Shown piece by piece: positions 1-9,980 of a stretch of DNA of 64,000 bases; position 1 is the stretch's first letter; the number at the start of each line of letters is the position of its first letter. The notes under the pieces are model-generated. The model was not told the DNA's origin. It saw nothing but the letters and a program-made list of their open reading frames with translations, and did not search any database. Position numbers and translations under genes: made by a program. Origin of the DNA: Thermodesulfobacteriota bacterium (GTDB lineage Bacteria; Desulfobacterota; Desulfobulbia; Desulfobulbales; SURF-16); NCBI GenBank assembly GCA_039715015.1, contig JBDLIE010000010.1, positions 1-64,000 of the forward strand. The letters run 5' to 3'.

Positions 1-70
1 ACTCAGGATCGGTGCCACGAATAAGGCCGTGGATGCTGAAAAGCTGAAGATATAATCCTTTTTCGCTCAT
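1..70 (-). CDS. 5' end of a probable sucrose-phosphate synthase (GT4); runs off the window edge
   Basis: ATG at 70 gives MSEKGLYLQLFSIHGLIRGTDPE, matching the SPS N-terminal (S)xHGLIRG..E motif; not in the ORF track. Confidence 0.7.
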   Translation of the reverse strand, partial: MSEKGLYLQLFSIHGLIRGTDPE

Positions 71-422
71 GTTATCTCATGAATGGAAGGCAAGAGGGGT
101 TTCTTGCCCTCAAGATGTACGGCATGGGTTTTTATTGTAGCAAAACAGTGAAGTAAAACGGAAGGAAGAAAAAAAGAAGTTGAGGAGTAAGAAGTTGAAA
201 AATAAGGAGAAGGAAGATTGTGACTTAAAAAATATGATTACCATCGAATTTCAGCCTGACCCAGCGAGTCTCAAATAAAAGAAGGGTAATTCAACATGTT
301 ACCATGTTTACAGTTCGTGGATGTTGACTTTGTCTGATGAGTTTTACCTGAACTGGCAACCGTTAACCTTATGTTCGAATTTTGCCAGCAAGAATAACAT
401 TGGCTGAGTTTCAGTGCACGAA

Positions 423-560
423 CCGTAGGGTGCGCACTGCGCACCGATTGTTGCTACGGTCCTGGGAGTGTTTTTGGGGATCGTGAGCGTAATGCAGGTG
501 GGGGTCTTTAAGGTTCTTTGCCCTTATTGGCCCTGGCGGTGCGCACTGCGCACCCTACGG
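423..560. repeat. Inverted pair of GTAG-family REP elements (REPIN-like doublet)
   Basis: CCGTAGGGTGCGCACTGCGCACCG (423-446) and its inverted copy (537-560) differ only at the loop base; each is GTAG plus a GC-rich palindrome. Confidence 0.85.
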
Positions 561-605
561 AAAACAACGGGTCGCCTTCTTCTCAACTTCTTATTTCACA
601 AATTC

Positions 606-1670
606 TCAAATGGTTTCCACCCAGCCATAGGGATCTTCCTTGTAGCCATACTGGATGGCCTGCAGGTCATCAAAGAGACGCTGGGCAAGCTCACCGGTAT
701 TACCGCTATTGATCTGACACTCCTTCCCTTTATAGTGGAGGGAACCAACCGGCGAAATAATGGCAGCAGTGCCGCTCCCAAAAACCTCTTTCAGCCGACC
801 CTGCTCGTTAGCTGCAAAAACCTCATCAATGGTGATGGAACGCTCCACAACCTTCAGACCCCAGTCGCGGGTAAGGGTCAGAACAGACTCCCTGGTGATG
901 CCGGGCAGGATGGAGCCCCCCAAGGGTGGGGTAATCAACTCGTCACCAATGACAAAGAAGATATTCATGGTACCCACCTCTTCGATGGACTGACGGTCGC
1001 AGGCATCGAGCCAGAGAACCTGGGTGAATCCCTGTTCCTGGGCCTCAATGGCCGCCATGATCGAGGCGGCGTAATTACCGGCGGTCTTGGCCTCACCAAC
1101 GCCGCCGCGCACCGCCCGTACGTATTTATCGGTGACAAAAATCTTTACCGGATTAAAGCCCTCTGGATAATAGGCGCCGACCGGGCTCAAAATAGTAAAA
1201 AAGATGTAGCGGTTGGATGGACGAACTCCCAGGGCTGCCTCAGTGGCGATCATGGTGGGCCGTATATAGAGTGTGGCGCCCTGGGCTGAAGGAACCCACT
1301 CCTGATCAACCTCAAGGAGTTTCTTGATCCCCTCATAAACAAGATCAATATCCATCTCAGGCATGCACATGCGGCGGGCCGAGCGGTTAAAACGGGCCAG
1401 ATTATCCTTGGGGCGGAAGAGGTAAATTTTACCGTCCTTACCCCGGTAGGCCTTCAAGCCTTCAAAGATAGCCTGGCCGTAATGAAGGGACATGGCCGCC
1501 GGATCGATTGAAAAATCACCATACTTCTTGACCACCCCGTTTTGCCAGGAGCCATCCACATAATCCATGACGAACATGTGGTCGGTAAAATATTGGCCAA
1601 AACCAAGGTTATTCTCGTCCGGTTTTGCCTTAAGCTCTGAGGAATCTGCTGTATTGATTGTGATTTTCAT
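606..1670 (-). CDS. ilvE: Branched-chain amino acid aminotransferase
   Basis: LHYGQAIFEGLKAY, LYIRP, AKTAGNYA (PLP Lys), EVGTMN, ILPGITR, GSGTAA motifs. Confidence 0.95.
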   Translation of the reverse strand: MKITINTADSSELKAKPDENNLGFGQYFTDHMFVMDYVDGSWQNGVVKKYGDFSIDPAAMSLHYGQAIFEGLKAYRGKDGKIYLFRPKDNLARFNRSARRMCMPEMDIDLVYEGIKKLLEVDQEWVPSAQGATLYIRPTMIATEAALGVRPSNRYIFFTILSPVGAYYPEGFNPVKIFVTDKYVRAVRGGVGEAKTAGNYAASIMAAIEAQEQGFTQVLWLDACDRQSIEEVGTMNIFFVIGDELITPPLGGSILPGITRESVLTLTRDWGLKVVERSITIDEVFAANEQGRLKEVFGSGTAAIISPVGSLHYKGKECQINSGNTGELAQRLFDDLQAIQYGYKEDPYGWVETI

Positions 1671-1851
1671 TTTGTTTACGCGCTAAAATTCGTTATTTTT
1701 ACCTAAAGAGCAGAAAATATAGCGGATTATTTTCGCCATTGAAACAACTTATTTCTCCGCTCCTTGCTCTTTTCAAGGTATAGTTAGAGTTTTAGAGGGC
1801 TGGCAAGGCGGCGCCCTGGTAATAACGCTATAATTTCGGACACTTTTGGTC

Positions 1852-2934
1852 ATGACCCAACGCAGACCGAGCAATCTGGTGCTCACCTACTTTATTCTGC
1901 TCTTTATCCTCTCCATGCTTCTGCTGATGAGGTTGTTGTGGCCCTTTGCCTCCATGCTGATCCTTTCCTATTTTCTGACCTCCATTTCCAAACCGGTCTA
2001 CGACTTCTTAGACAACAGAATGCCCTCGTCTGTTGCCTCGCTTATTACCTGCTCCCTTATTGTCTTACTTGTTTTTTTGCCGCTTATTTTTTTCGTGGTT
2101 GCTCTTTCTTCAGAGGCCTACCACCTGCTCCAGGTTACCAAGGGGACCAATATTGCCGAGACCTTTACCTCCTACGTCCAGAACAACCCCATCTACATCC
2201 GTCTTGAGGGCCTGCTGGAAGGTTACGGGTTCCAGGTGGAGATGGGGCAGATAACCAGCGCCCTGTCAGAGTTCGGCACCACAGCCGCTAAGTTCATTTA
2301 CACCCAGGCCTCTATCTGGGCCGGCAACATCCTCAACTTTATCCTTAACTTTATGATGATGATTCTCATCATCTTCTTTCTCCTCATTGAAAGGGAAAAG
2401 CTGGTCAATTTTCTCCTTCACCTTTCCCCCCTGCCCAACAACCATGACCAGCTCCTGATGGATAAGTTTGAGCGCATTGCCGGGGCCATCCTGGTGGGCA
2501 ATGGTATCTGCGGGGTGATCCAAGGTCTTTTGGGGGGCTTCGCCTTTGCCTTCCTTGGCTTTTCCTCCCCCATCCTTTGGGGCTGTATCATGGGGATTAT
2601 GGCCTTTCTGCCCATTGTTGGTATCGGCGCCGTCCTCGGGCCTGCCGCCCTCTACCTTATTTTCCAGGGCCACCTCATCCAGGGTATTGGCATGGCCTTT
2701 TTTTACATCATTCTTTCCATGGGCGTGGAGTATCTGCTTAAACCGAAACTTGTGGGGGACCAGGTCCAGATGCATACCATCCTGGTCTTTCTTTCCATCA
2801 TCGGCGGTCTTGCCGTATTCGGTATCCTGGGAATCATATACGGCCCCCTGATTATCACCGCCTTTCTTACCCTCTCTGATATCTATATCGACAATTACGA
2901 ACGTTATATTACCTGCGAAAACGAGGAGTGCTAA
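1852..2934 (+). CDS. AI-2E family (PerM-like) transporter
   Basis: Multi-TM protein with FLPIVG..G and the C-terminal H..LVFLSIIGGLAVFGILGIIYGP signature; ATG at 1852 preferred over TTG at 1846. Confidence 0.85.
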   Translation: MTQRRPSNLVLTYFILLFILSMLLLMRLLWPFASMLILSYFLTSISKPVYDFLDNRMPSSVASLITCSLIVLLVFLPLIFFVVALSSEAYHLLQVTKGTNIAETFTSYVQNNPIYIRLEGLLEGYGFQVEMGQITSALSEFGTTAAKFIYTQASIWAGNILNFILNFMMMILIIFFLLIEREKLVNFLLHLSPLPNNHDQLLMDKFERIAGAILVGNGICGVIQGLLGGFAFAFLGFSSPILWGCIMGIMAFLPIVGIGAVLGPAALYLIFQGHLIQGIGMAFFYIILSMGVEYLLKPKLVGDQVQMHTILVFLSIIGGLAVFGILGIIYGPLIITAFLTLSDIYIDNYERYITCENEEC

Positions 2935-3033
2935 AACACCTCTCCTTTATCTTTTCGCTACTTATTACGAAGAGATGAGAGGACCTTGATTACTTAGGAG
3001 CTGGTCTTTACCGCCTGAGTTCTCGCCCCCATG

Positions 3034-3141
3034 TTAAAATTTGCCAAAATCCTTATCATCAAGACTGATGGCCTGGTTGGCATTTTCAACATTGGTCTTG
3101 GTCTGTGAAGCCAACCCATTCATAGAGCTGCTTATCTGCTC
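3034..3141 (-). pseudogene. Remnant of a methyl-accepting chemotaxis protein signalling domain
   Basis: Minus frame reads EQISSSMNGLASQTKTNVENANQA then stops; no start or full-length ORF. Confidence 0.55.
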
Positions 3142-3180
3142 AGGTGGTTTACCCTATGGTTTGCGGCAATGGGGTGGGGC

Positions 3181-4482
3181 CTAGAAAAAATAACGCGCCC
3201 GCAGCTCCAGCTTATTCTCGCTTAGCTTTTCGCCGAACTCGCTGTTCCTGGAACCGCCAAGCACGGAGAAACGCAGGCGCAGTTCCCAGTTAGTAAAAGC
3301 GCTGTACACCGCTTCCGGACTTAACGAAAAACTTTCGTCATCCAGGTTGAGAATGGCTGTGATACCGGGGGTGAAGTAGAGCAGGTCAAAGGGCTCTTTC
3401 TGGGTCACCCTGGCGTAAAGATAGTTGCGGCCGCTCTGGGGCTGGCCGTAGGCCCCTTGGCTCACCGTGGCTGCTTTTTGAAACAGGGTATCATCGCCCC
3501 TGGAGCTAAACAGAAGATCGGCCTTATCCACCAGCTGGAAAAAACGCTCCTGCTGCCGCTCCGTATAGCCGTCATCATTATGGTAATACTCAACAATGGC
3601 CGTGATGTCATTTTCGCTGAGATAACGCAGGCCCAGGAGATAACTGGTATCGGCAAATTCCCTGATTTCCACATTGCCAAGTTCATTTAAGACCCTCTGG
3701 GACTGCCTGGGAACATGGGCAATCTCGCCGTGGATCTCAAAATTGGTGGCCAGGTTGGTGGAAAAATCAAGGCCGTACCTGGTGGTGCGGCTGTTGCCGG
3801 TGTAGCAGAGAAGATCAATATCCACATCATGGTAAAGCAGGTAAAGCTTAGCAGCCACATTGACGTTGCCGCGCTCACCAAAATCCTCATTGACGTCGCG
3901 CCATACCGGCAGGGCCACTGTGGTCAGGGCCACGGTCTGCAGGGGACCGGAAAGGCTCTTAATCAGGTCCAGCCCGGCGCCCACATACCCCTCCAAGGCC
4001 TCCTCCGGATTATTAGGGTCCTTGGGACGATCGATAAACCCTACAGGGTTCCAGGCATACCCCTTGCCCCATTTGAAGACCTTTTTACCCAGATCAACAG
4101 TGGCCAGCGGCGTTGGTTTGACGCTGGCATAGGCCTCAAAAATATCGGCGTTATCTCCCCACTGTTCTTGGTCCTGGCGGCCAAAAGCTTGGACCAGCCA
4201 GTTGAAATCCACCATCCCCTTATTGAAATTAGCGCCGAGCTGCAGGGTGGCGGTGAGACGGTCCAGGGTGGAACGGGGGTCAAGATAGGAATCGACCAGG
4301 GCAAAGGCACCCTTCTCGTTGATATCCAGATGCTCGCCCTTGAGCTCCAGATAACCGCCCCATTCCAGACTCTTTTTCTCGAACTCGTCAAGATCGAATG
4401 AGAAGTCCTCCTCACCAGAAGCTGGACCAGCGCCGAGCAAAACAGAGAGAAAAATGATGCAAACTACTGGCCGGTGCAGCAC
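3181..4482 (-). CDS. Predicted outer-membrane beta-barrel protein
   Basis: Signal peptide, alternating beta-strand pattern, C-terminal ..RYFF; last gene of the ABC/LolA-like operon. Confidence 0.7.
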   Translation of the reverse strand: MLHRPVVCIIFLSVLLGAGPASGEEDFSFDLDEFEKKSLEWGGYLELKGEHLDINEKGAFALVDSYLDPRSTLDRLTATLQLGANFNKGMVDFNWLVQAFGRQDQEQWGDNADIFEAYASVKPTPLATVDLGKKVFKWGKGYAWNPVGFIDRPKDPNNPEEALEGYVGAGLDLIKSLSGPLQTVALTTVALPVWRDVNEDFGERGNVNVAAKLYLLYHDVDIDLLCYTGNSRTTRYGLDFSTNLATNFEIHGEIAHVPRQSQRVLNELGNVEIREFADTSYLLGLRYLSENDITAIVEYYHNDDGYTERQQERFFQLVDKADLLFSSRGDDTLFQKAATVSQGAYGQPQSGRNYLYARVTQKEPFDLLYFTPGITAILNLDDESFSLSPEAVYSAFTNWELRLRFSVLGGSRNSEFGEKLSENKLELRARYFF

Positions 4483-5663
4483 GTGCCCTTTACCTTTAAA
4501 AATTGCCGGCTGAGCATGGAAAGGAGAATCACCACATCAAGCAGCATAAAGAGCAGGGTAACGCCCTGGGTCAACGGGTAAGAGAGGCCATGCTTGAAGA
4601 CAAAAGTACAGAGCACGGCGTAGGCCACCATGGGGCAAATCAGGCCCCATTGCGACTCGTCAAAATATTCGATGCTGAAAAGATACTTTCTGAAATAGTC
4701 GCGCAGCATAAAAAGCCCTAAGGCCAAATACCAGGTCATCAGTCCAAAACCGGCAACCGCCACCAAGGCAAAGACGGCGGCAGGCAGCTGAACATGGAAC
4801 TTATGCTGAAAATAATAACCGTAGCGCAGCAAGGAGATGGTGAGCAGGGTAATGATGGGCACCACCACGAAGAAGGAGGGCAAAAACTCGATTTTCTCCG
4901 GCAAGCCTTTGGCGTAATGGGACTTAAAGAGGCTAAACAGCTTCACCAGCAGGAGAAAAAAAGCCATGGTGAAGGAGGTGATGGACAGGAAAAAGACTAT
5001 ATCAGCCAAACCGCCGTGGGCTAAGTATGAGATACCGGTGCCTGTGACCGTGGTCATAGCCAGGGCAAAGGGGATGAGGAGCCAGCCAAAATGCATCTTT
5101 TCCACATCAAAACCCTTTACCAGGGCAATAGCCTGCAACCTGATAGCTGTGGCCATGGTCCACAACCAGAGCAGAGCATAAACCGCAGCAGCATAGGGCA
5201 GCAGAAGCTGAACATTGACCCGCATCCAGTCGATAAAGACGTACCCCAAAACCAAAAAAACATTGAAGGCCATGCCGTAGGCCAACACGGGGGAAATCAA
5301 AACCGAATTTCGCTGGGTGTCTGCAAGCAGTTCCTGAAAGTGAGCCGGATGGCGGCGGCGCCAGGTTATGTAGAGCAGGGTAACGGCAAAAAGGGCGGTG
5401 AGATGCAAAAGACCGAAGACCACCATGTGGATCTTCATATAACCTGCCAGAAAGGGATAGATACCGCCTGCACTCGAAGCAAACTCATTAATCTTGGCAA
5501 AATAGAGCATGCCCTTCATGGGTGGGGTGCGGGGCAGGGTATTATTCAAAAAGGCGAAACCGGCCACCGAGGTGCCGCCAAAACCAAGAGCCATAATGAA
5601 CCAAAGCATATTAAACTGCTCAATGAGTTTCTCAAAAAAAGATTCGCTTTTTGCTGCTGCCAT
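4464..5663 (-). CDS. Polytopic membrane protein, TDT/SLAC1-like; Cys paralog of the Sec protein at 13031-14155
   Basis: About 10 TM segments; WFIMALGFGG, HFGWLLIP, SQWGLICP (C343); C-terminal CC. Confidence 0.75.
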   Translation of the reverse strand: MAAAKSESFFEKLIEQFNMLWFIMALGFGGTSVAGFAFLNNTLPRTPPMKGMLYFAKINEFASSAGGIYPFLAGYMKIHMVVFGLLHLTALFAVTLLYITWRRRHPAHFQELLADTQRNSVLISPVLAYGMAFNVFLVLGYVFIDWMRVNVQLLLPYAAAVYALLWLWTMATAIRLQAIALVKGFDVEKMHFGWLLIPFALAMTTVTGTGISYLAHGGLADIVFFLSITSFTMAFFLLLVKLFSLFKSHYAKGLPEKIEFLPSFFVVVPIITLLTISLLRYGYYFQHKFHVQLPAAVFALVAVAGFGLMTWYLALGLFMLRDYFRKYLFSIEYFDESQWGLICPMVAYAVLCTFVFKHGLSYPLTQGVTLLFMLLDVVILLSMLSRQFLKVKGTCCTGQ

Positions 5664-5710
5664 GATTCTATCCCTTCAAGGTCCTTATTTGATAAAGCGC
5701 TCTCGCTTTC

Positions 5711-6460
5711 TTAGCGCAGCTCTTCGACCCTTGATAAGTAATTCAAGGAAAACACCTCATCAGCCAATTCCCGCTTCTTGACCTTGGCGTAGATCATCAC
5801 TGACTTATAGCCCTTATAGAGGGGGCTGTCTGTTTCAAGCACCGAGGGGCGGACCAGGCCATCCCCGAAATCCTTGCTGTTTTTATAATACAAGGTCTTG
5901 ATAAGCATGCCACTTGCGGCATAACATTCGATGGTGGTTGGGACCACAGCCTTTTTATCCACCCACATTTTCAGGAGATCATAGGCAACGGCGCCCGTTT
6001 TGGCCTTGAGCTCCAGAAGATAGGCTGCGCCCTCATCGACCACCCTGATCGCATCATATTCGGCACTGTAGTCAAGACGGAGAATATCGGAGTTGTTAAA
6101 GACGCCGCCCACCACTGACTGCAGGCTGGTGATGCGGATGGGCTTACCAACATTAGGGATGTAAAGCCACATATTGTCGCCCAGGCGCAGGGTAGAACGC
6201 CCCTTTTCACTGGCTGGCGACAGGAAAAGGGCCACCATCTTGTCCTGGCCCTTTTTCACCGAGTAGAGGACAAACTCCTTTTTGCTGCCGTCCGGTTCGA
6301 TATTGATGAGCTTGCGATACATCTCATAAGAGTCGGGCTGCAAATTTTTATCCACCTGATGGAGAAGGGCGGTGCCGTCCAGCTCATCAGCATAAACTGG
6401 ACCAGTGCCGGCAAAGGCGGTGAGGAGCACCAAAAGCATAGAGATAAATTTTGTTTTCAT
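5711..6460 (-). CDS. LolA-like outer-membrane lipoprotein-sorting protein
   Basis: Signal peptide; FLSPASEKGRSTL..DNMWLYIP..RI motif; follows an FtsX-type permease. Confidence 0.85.
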   Translation of the reverse strand: MKTKFISMLLVLLTAFAGTGPVYADELDGTALLHQVDKNLQPDSYEMYRKLINIEPDGSKKEFVLYSVKKGQDKMVALFLSPASEKGRSTLRLGDNMWLYIPNVGKPIRITSLQSVVGGVFNNSDILRLDYSAEYDAIRVVDEGAAYLLELKAKTGAVAYDLLKMWVDKKAVVPTTIECYAASGMLIKTLYYKNSKDFGDGLVRPSVLETDSPLYKGYKSVMIYAKVKKRELADEVFSLNYLSRVEELR

Positions 6461-6469
6461 GTCTTTCTC

Positions 6470-7720
6470 CTACACATGTCTGAGGGCGGTTATAGGGTCC
6501 ATCCGGGCGGCCTTCCAGGCTGGCTGCAGGCTGGCCAACACCGATATTGCCACGACAATAAGGCCGATTATGACAACATCGGAAGTGGCGATGGCGGGGG
6601 AGAGCAGAAGGCCGGTCTGGCGCCCGAAATCAAAACTGATCTGGGAGATATTCATGGCATAGATGCTGGCCAGGCTGAGCACCGTACCAATTGCCGTACC
6701 CAGGATTCCCATCAGGAATCCCTCCACCACAAAGAGGCCCATAATCTTAGCGGGCGCCGTGCCGATGGCGGCAATGGTGCCGATCTCGTTAATGCGCTCA
6801 AAAACCGCCATGATCATGACGTTCATAATGCTCACCAAAACAATGGCCACCAGCATGATCTTGATAAAGAGGGTCATCAGGTCAATCATCTTGGCGATGT
6901 TAAAAAAGGGCGAGAGCTTCTCCCAGGTATGGACCTCGAACAGCGGCTTATCCATCTTGTTTCTGATCGAGCCCAGCTCCTGCTTGAAGGCGGCAAAGAC
7001 CGGGGCCAAATCGTCGATGTCCTTGAGGCGGATGGCGATCTCGCTGACCTCAGGCCCCTGGATACGCAGCAGGGACCTGGCATCATTAATATGGATCATT
7101 CCGTCCCGGCCGCCGGGCCCGGAAATGCCTTCAAGGATGCCGCGGACCATAAAGTTCTGGCCGTTCACCGAACCATCCTTATTGTTGGCCACCAGGACAA
7201 TGGCATCGCCCACCTTGACCTTCATGCCCTTGGCAACCAGTTCGGGGATGAGGATCTCACCCGGCTTGATGAGGCCGTCCTTCTCACCATCGATGATGCG
7301 CTCGGTCAAGAGCGGTGCCGTGGCCATCTCCGCCAAAGGGCTAACGGCGTTCAGTCTGATATTGGTGGTCTCGGTAAAATTGCTGAACATGGCGCCGAGC
7401 TTGATGCGCATGGAAAAGGCCTCCACTGCCTCGCTTTCCTCCAGCAGTTGTTTGACCTTGTTGACCTGCTTGCCGGTGAGATTACGGTTCAAGGGCAGGC
7501 TGTCCACCGAGGCCACATAGCCCTTCTTGTGAACCTGGAGATGACCGAGCATGGAATCGGTTATTTGGCCGACCATCATGGCCTTGAAAGAACCTGATAC
7601 GGAGATAAAGAGAAGCACCGCCACCACCCCCAGGGTGATGAGCATGGAGGTCAATAGGGTGCGGCGTTTATAACGCAGGAGGTTACGGGCCGCTAGTTTG
7701 AATATATTAAGCATGACCAC
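6470..7720 (-). CDS. ABC transporter permease, FtsX/MacB/LolE type
   Basis: LAARNLLRYKRRT, ERINEIGTIAAIG, PAWKAARMDPITALR. Confidence 0.92.
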   Translation of the reverse strand: MVMLNIFKLAARNLLRYKRRTLLTSMLITLGVVAVLLFISVSGSFKAMMVGQITDSMLGHLQVHKKGYVASVDSLPLNRNLTGKQVNKVKQLLEESEAVEAFSMRIKLGAMFSNFTETTNIRLNAVSPLAEMATAPLLTERIIDGEKDGLIKPGEILIPELVAKGMKVKVGDAIVLVANNKDGSVNGQNFMVRGILEGISGPGGRDGMIHINDARSLLRIQGPEVSEIAIRLKDIDDLAPVFAAFKQELGSIRNKMDKPLFEVHTWEKLSPFFNIAKMIDLMTLFIKIMLVAIVLVSIMNVMIMAVFERINEIGTIAAIGTAPAKIMGLFVVEGFLMGILGTAIGTVLSLASIYAMNISQISFDFGRQTGLLLSPAIATSDVVIIGLIVVAISVLASLQPAWKAARMDPITALRHV

Positions 7721-8411
7721 CTCCCGCTGCTATCTCGTTTCTCATGAGCTTACCGTCTTCAATGGCAAAGGTTATCTCGACATTATCAACAATGCGGGGG
7801 TCATGGGTGGAAAAGACAAAGGTGGTGGCAAACTCGTCACGCATCTTTTTCATCAAATCGATTATGCGGCCTGCTGTCTCCCGGTCCAGGTTGGCGGTGG
7901 GCTCATCAGCAAGGACGAGCTTGGCGTTGGTAACCAAGGCCCGGGCCACGGCAACGCGCTGCTTCTGACCACCGGAGATCTGGCTTGGATATTTATGAGC
8001 CTGGTCGGCCATGCCCACGGCATCAAGCATCTCAAGAACCCGGCTCCGGCGCTTGGCCTTGGGCCAGTTCTGGACCATCTGCAGGGGATATTCAACGTTT
8101 TCAAAAACGGTGAGCACCGGTATCAAGTTAAAATCCTGGAAGACAAAACCGATATGCTCACCGCGGAAGCGGGCCGCCTCTTGGCGGTTTAAACCCGTAA
8201 TTTCTTGACCGGCCACCACAAGATTTCCACTGGTCGGCGGATCAAGGCAACCAATCATATTGAGCAGGGTGGACTTGCCGCTGCCGGAAGGACCGATAAA
8301 CGAGACAAAGGAAGCGGCCTCAATGGTGAAATCAACCCCCCTTATCGCCTCAACCTTAATGTCACCGGCCACATAGGTTTTTTCTAATTCATTCGCCACA
8401 ATGAGTGACAT
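7707..8411 (-). CDS. ABC transporter ATP-binding protein, LolD/MacB type
   Basis: GPSGSGKST, SGGQKQRV, LADEPTANLD, FSTHD; ATG at 8411 with GGAGG RBS. Confidence 0.93.
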   Translation of the reverse strand: MSLIVANELEKTYVAGDIKVEAIRGVDFTIEAASFVSFIGPSGSGKSTLLNMIGCLDPPTSGNLVVAGQEITGLNRQEAARFRGEHIGFVFQDFNLIPVLTVFENVEYPLQMVQNWPKAKRRSRVLEMLDAVGMADQAHKYPSQISGGQKQRVAVARALVTNAKLVLADEPTANLDRETAGRIIDLMKKMRDEFATTFVFSTHDPRIVDNVEITFAIEDGKLMRNEIAAGGGHA

Positions 8412-8499
8412 AAGCGTTTCCTCCCTGCATGTTTTCAAACAGCCTGCAAACAACCACACCATCTATTTAAGACAAACATTAAACACCGGACAACACAAG

Positions 8500-9666
8500 T
8501 TATTTGTTAACTTCATCTATAAACACCTGAAACGGTTCTATTTTTTTGCTGTGGATATCAGCAAGGAGGCTTTCCGGTTTATTAAGAAACTCCTCGGCAA
8601 GAAGCTGAGGGTCGAAAAACTCCTCATTAAAGGGATTTATCAGATTGAGCTGTTCCCACCTTGTCAAATAATACTGAATAAGATCGGGAAGTTGACTGTA
8701 TACAGTTTGTTCTGGATGGGGGTCAATAAAGCTTGAACTGCGGAGCTTCTCCGAAGAGAGAACCTGGGTCTGGTAAAACTGGTTGAGAAACATCAACTCC
8801 TGGGGCAGGCGGGCGTCAATCCCCAGCTTCACCAATAATCTCAGGAATTGCTCAACACATTTTGCCCCGAAACGGGCAACAGGCAGCGGCAGATAAATGG
8901 CCTTGGGTCTTTTGAGCTGGAGTATGTCGCGGATGGTCAGAATCAGCCGGTCCAGGGCCACCGGTTCCGGGTCAACAAAATGGTAGGCCTGGCCGCTGAA
9001 CTCCTGCCTTTTTGCTAAAACATGGCGGATAAAATAAGGCAGCTTCTTGGCATTACTGTACGAGTGATAGACTTCTTTCTTGGTAAAGAGGAGCGGCATG
9101 GATTGTTCGGCAATGGAGAAAAGCAGACGGTGAAAGCCCTGGATTTTATGATCGTGTTTACCGTAAACAATGGCCAGGCGAATAATAGTGTAATCCAGCC
9201 CCTCTGTTTCCCTAAGATGCTGGAGGGTCAGTTCGCTCATCAACTTGGATTTGGCATAGTTGCCAAGATCGGCAGACAGGGGCCGCTGGTCATCCTCGTG
9301 CAGCTTATTGCCGTCCGGAAGCACCGCTGCAGAGCTTATAAAGATATATGGTATACCGAGGGCTGCAGCCACCTTGGCCAGATTAATGGCACCTATATAG
9401 TTAATCTCAAAGGATATTTTTGGATCACTGTCCAGGGCAGCAATGGCACAATTAACAATAAAATCAGGCGGATGATCCCTAAAATATTCCTCGATATCTT
9501 TAGGATCACGGATGCTGAGCTTCTTGCTGTTGGGGGCGAGGATATCGTAACCCCATTTTTTCTTGAAATAATAATCGATACCACCGCCCACCAAGCCTGA
9601 GCCACCGATGATAACGCCAAATTTTTTCTCTCTATTTTTCTTCTCTGTCACAGCTCCGCTCTCCAC
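8500..9666 (-). CDS. NAD-dependent epimerase/dehydratase (extended SDR)
   Basis: GGSGLVG Rossmann motif, ISS, YAKSK catalytic motif. Confidence 0.85.
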   Translation of the reverse strand: MESGAVTEKKNREKKFGVIIGGSGLVGGGIDYYFKKKWGYDILAPNSKKLSIRDPKDIEEYFRDHPPDFIVNCAIAALDSDPKISFEINYIGAINLAKVAAALGIPYIFISSAAVLPDGNKLHEDDQRPLSADLGNYAKSKLMSELTLQHLRETEGLDYTIIRLAIVYGKHDHKIQGFHRLLFSIAEQSMPLLFTKKEVYHSYSNAKKLPYFIRHVLAKRQEFSGQAYHFVDPEPVALDRLILTIRDILQLKRPKAIYLPLPVARFGAKCVEQFLRLLVKLGIDARLPQELMFLNQFYQTQVLSSEKLRSSSFIDPHPEQTVYSQLPDLIQYYLTRWEQLNLINPFNEEFFDPQLLAEEFLNKPESLLADIHSKKIEPFQVFIDEVNK

Positions 9667-9980
9667 TCCAGCCTTATCATGTCCCCTATTTTTTTGCTTT
9701 TACATCTCTATCCTTAACCCCACAGGAGGCGATTTCTCCACCCATGTTCAATGTACCGCCTCCATGATGACAAACTCAACAGCAAGTTGAAAAAAATGGT
9801 CACAGAAGGCCGCTAAACTGGAGGATGAAAAGGATTGTTATTCGCCAGGCCCTTTTGCAAAGCAATTCTGAATTTGACCGTTTTGATGATAAAAAACGGC
9901 ATGCAAAAATAGCCGGCCTTAATAAAAGATGGCTGGAAGCAGGTGAGCTCCTCTCACCTTTTATCCAAGGGTATTTAGGA

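Noticed and set aside
160..600. Purine-rich AAGAAGTTGA repeats (174-198) with an inverted echo at 582-592
   Set aside because: Short and low-complexity; not enough to define an element
6359..7597. 412-aa plus-strand ORF, and similar long shadow ORFs at 468-1289, 25129-25932 and 59426-60472
   Set aside because: Antisense to well-supported genes, with no recognisable motifs
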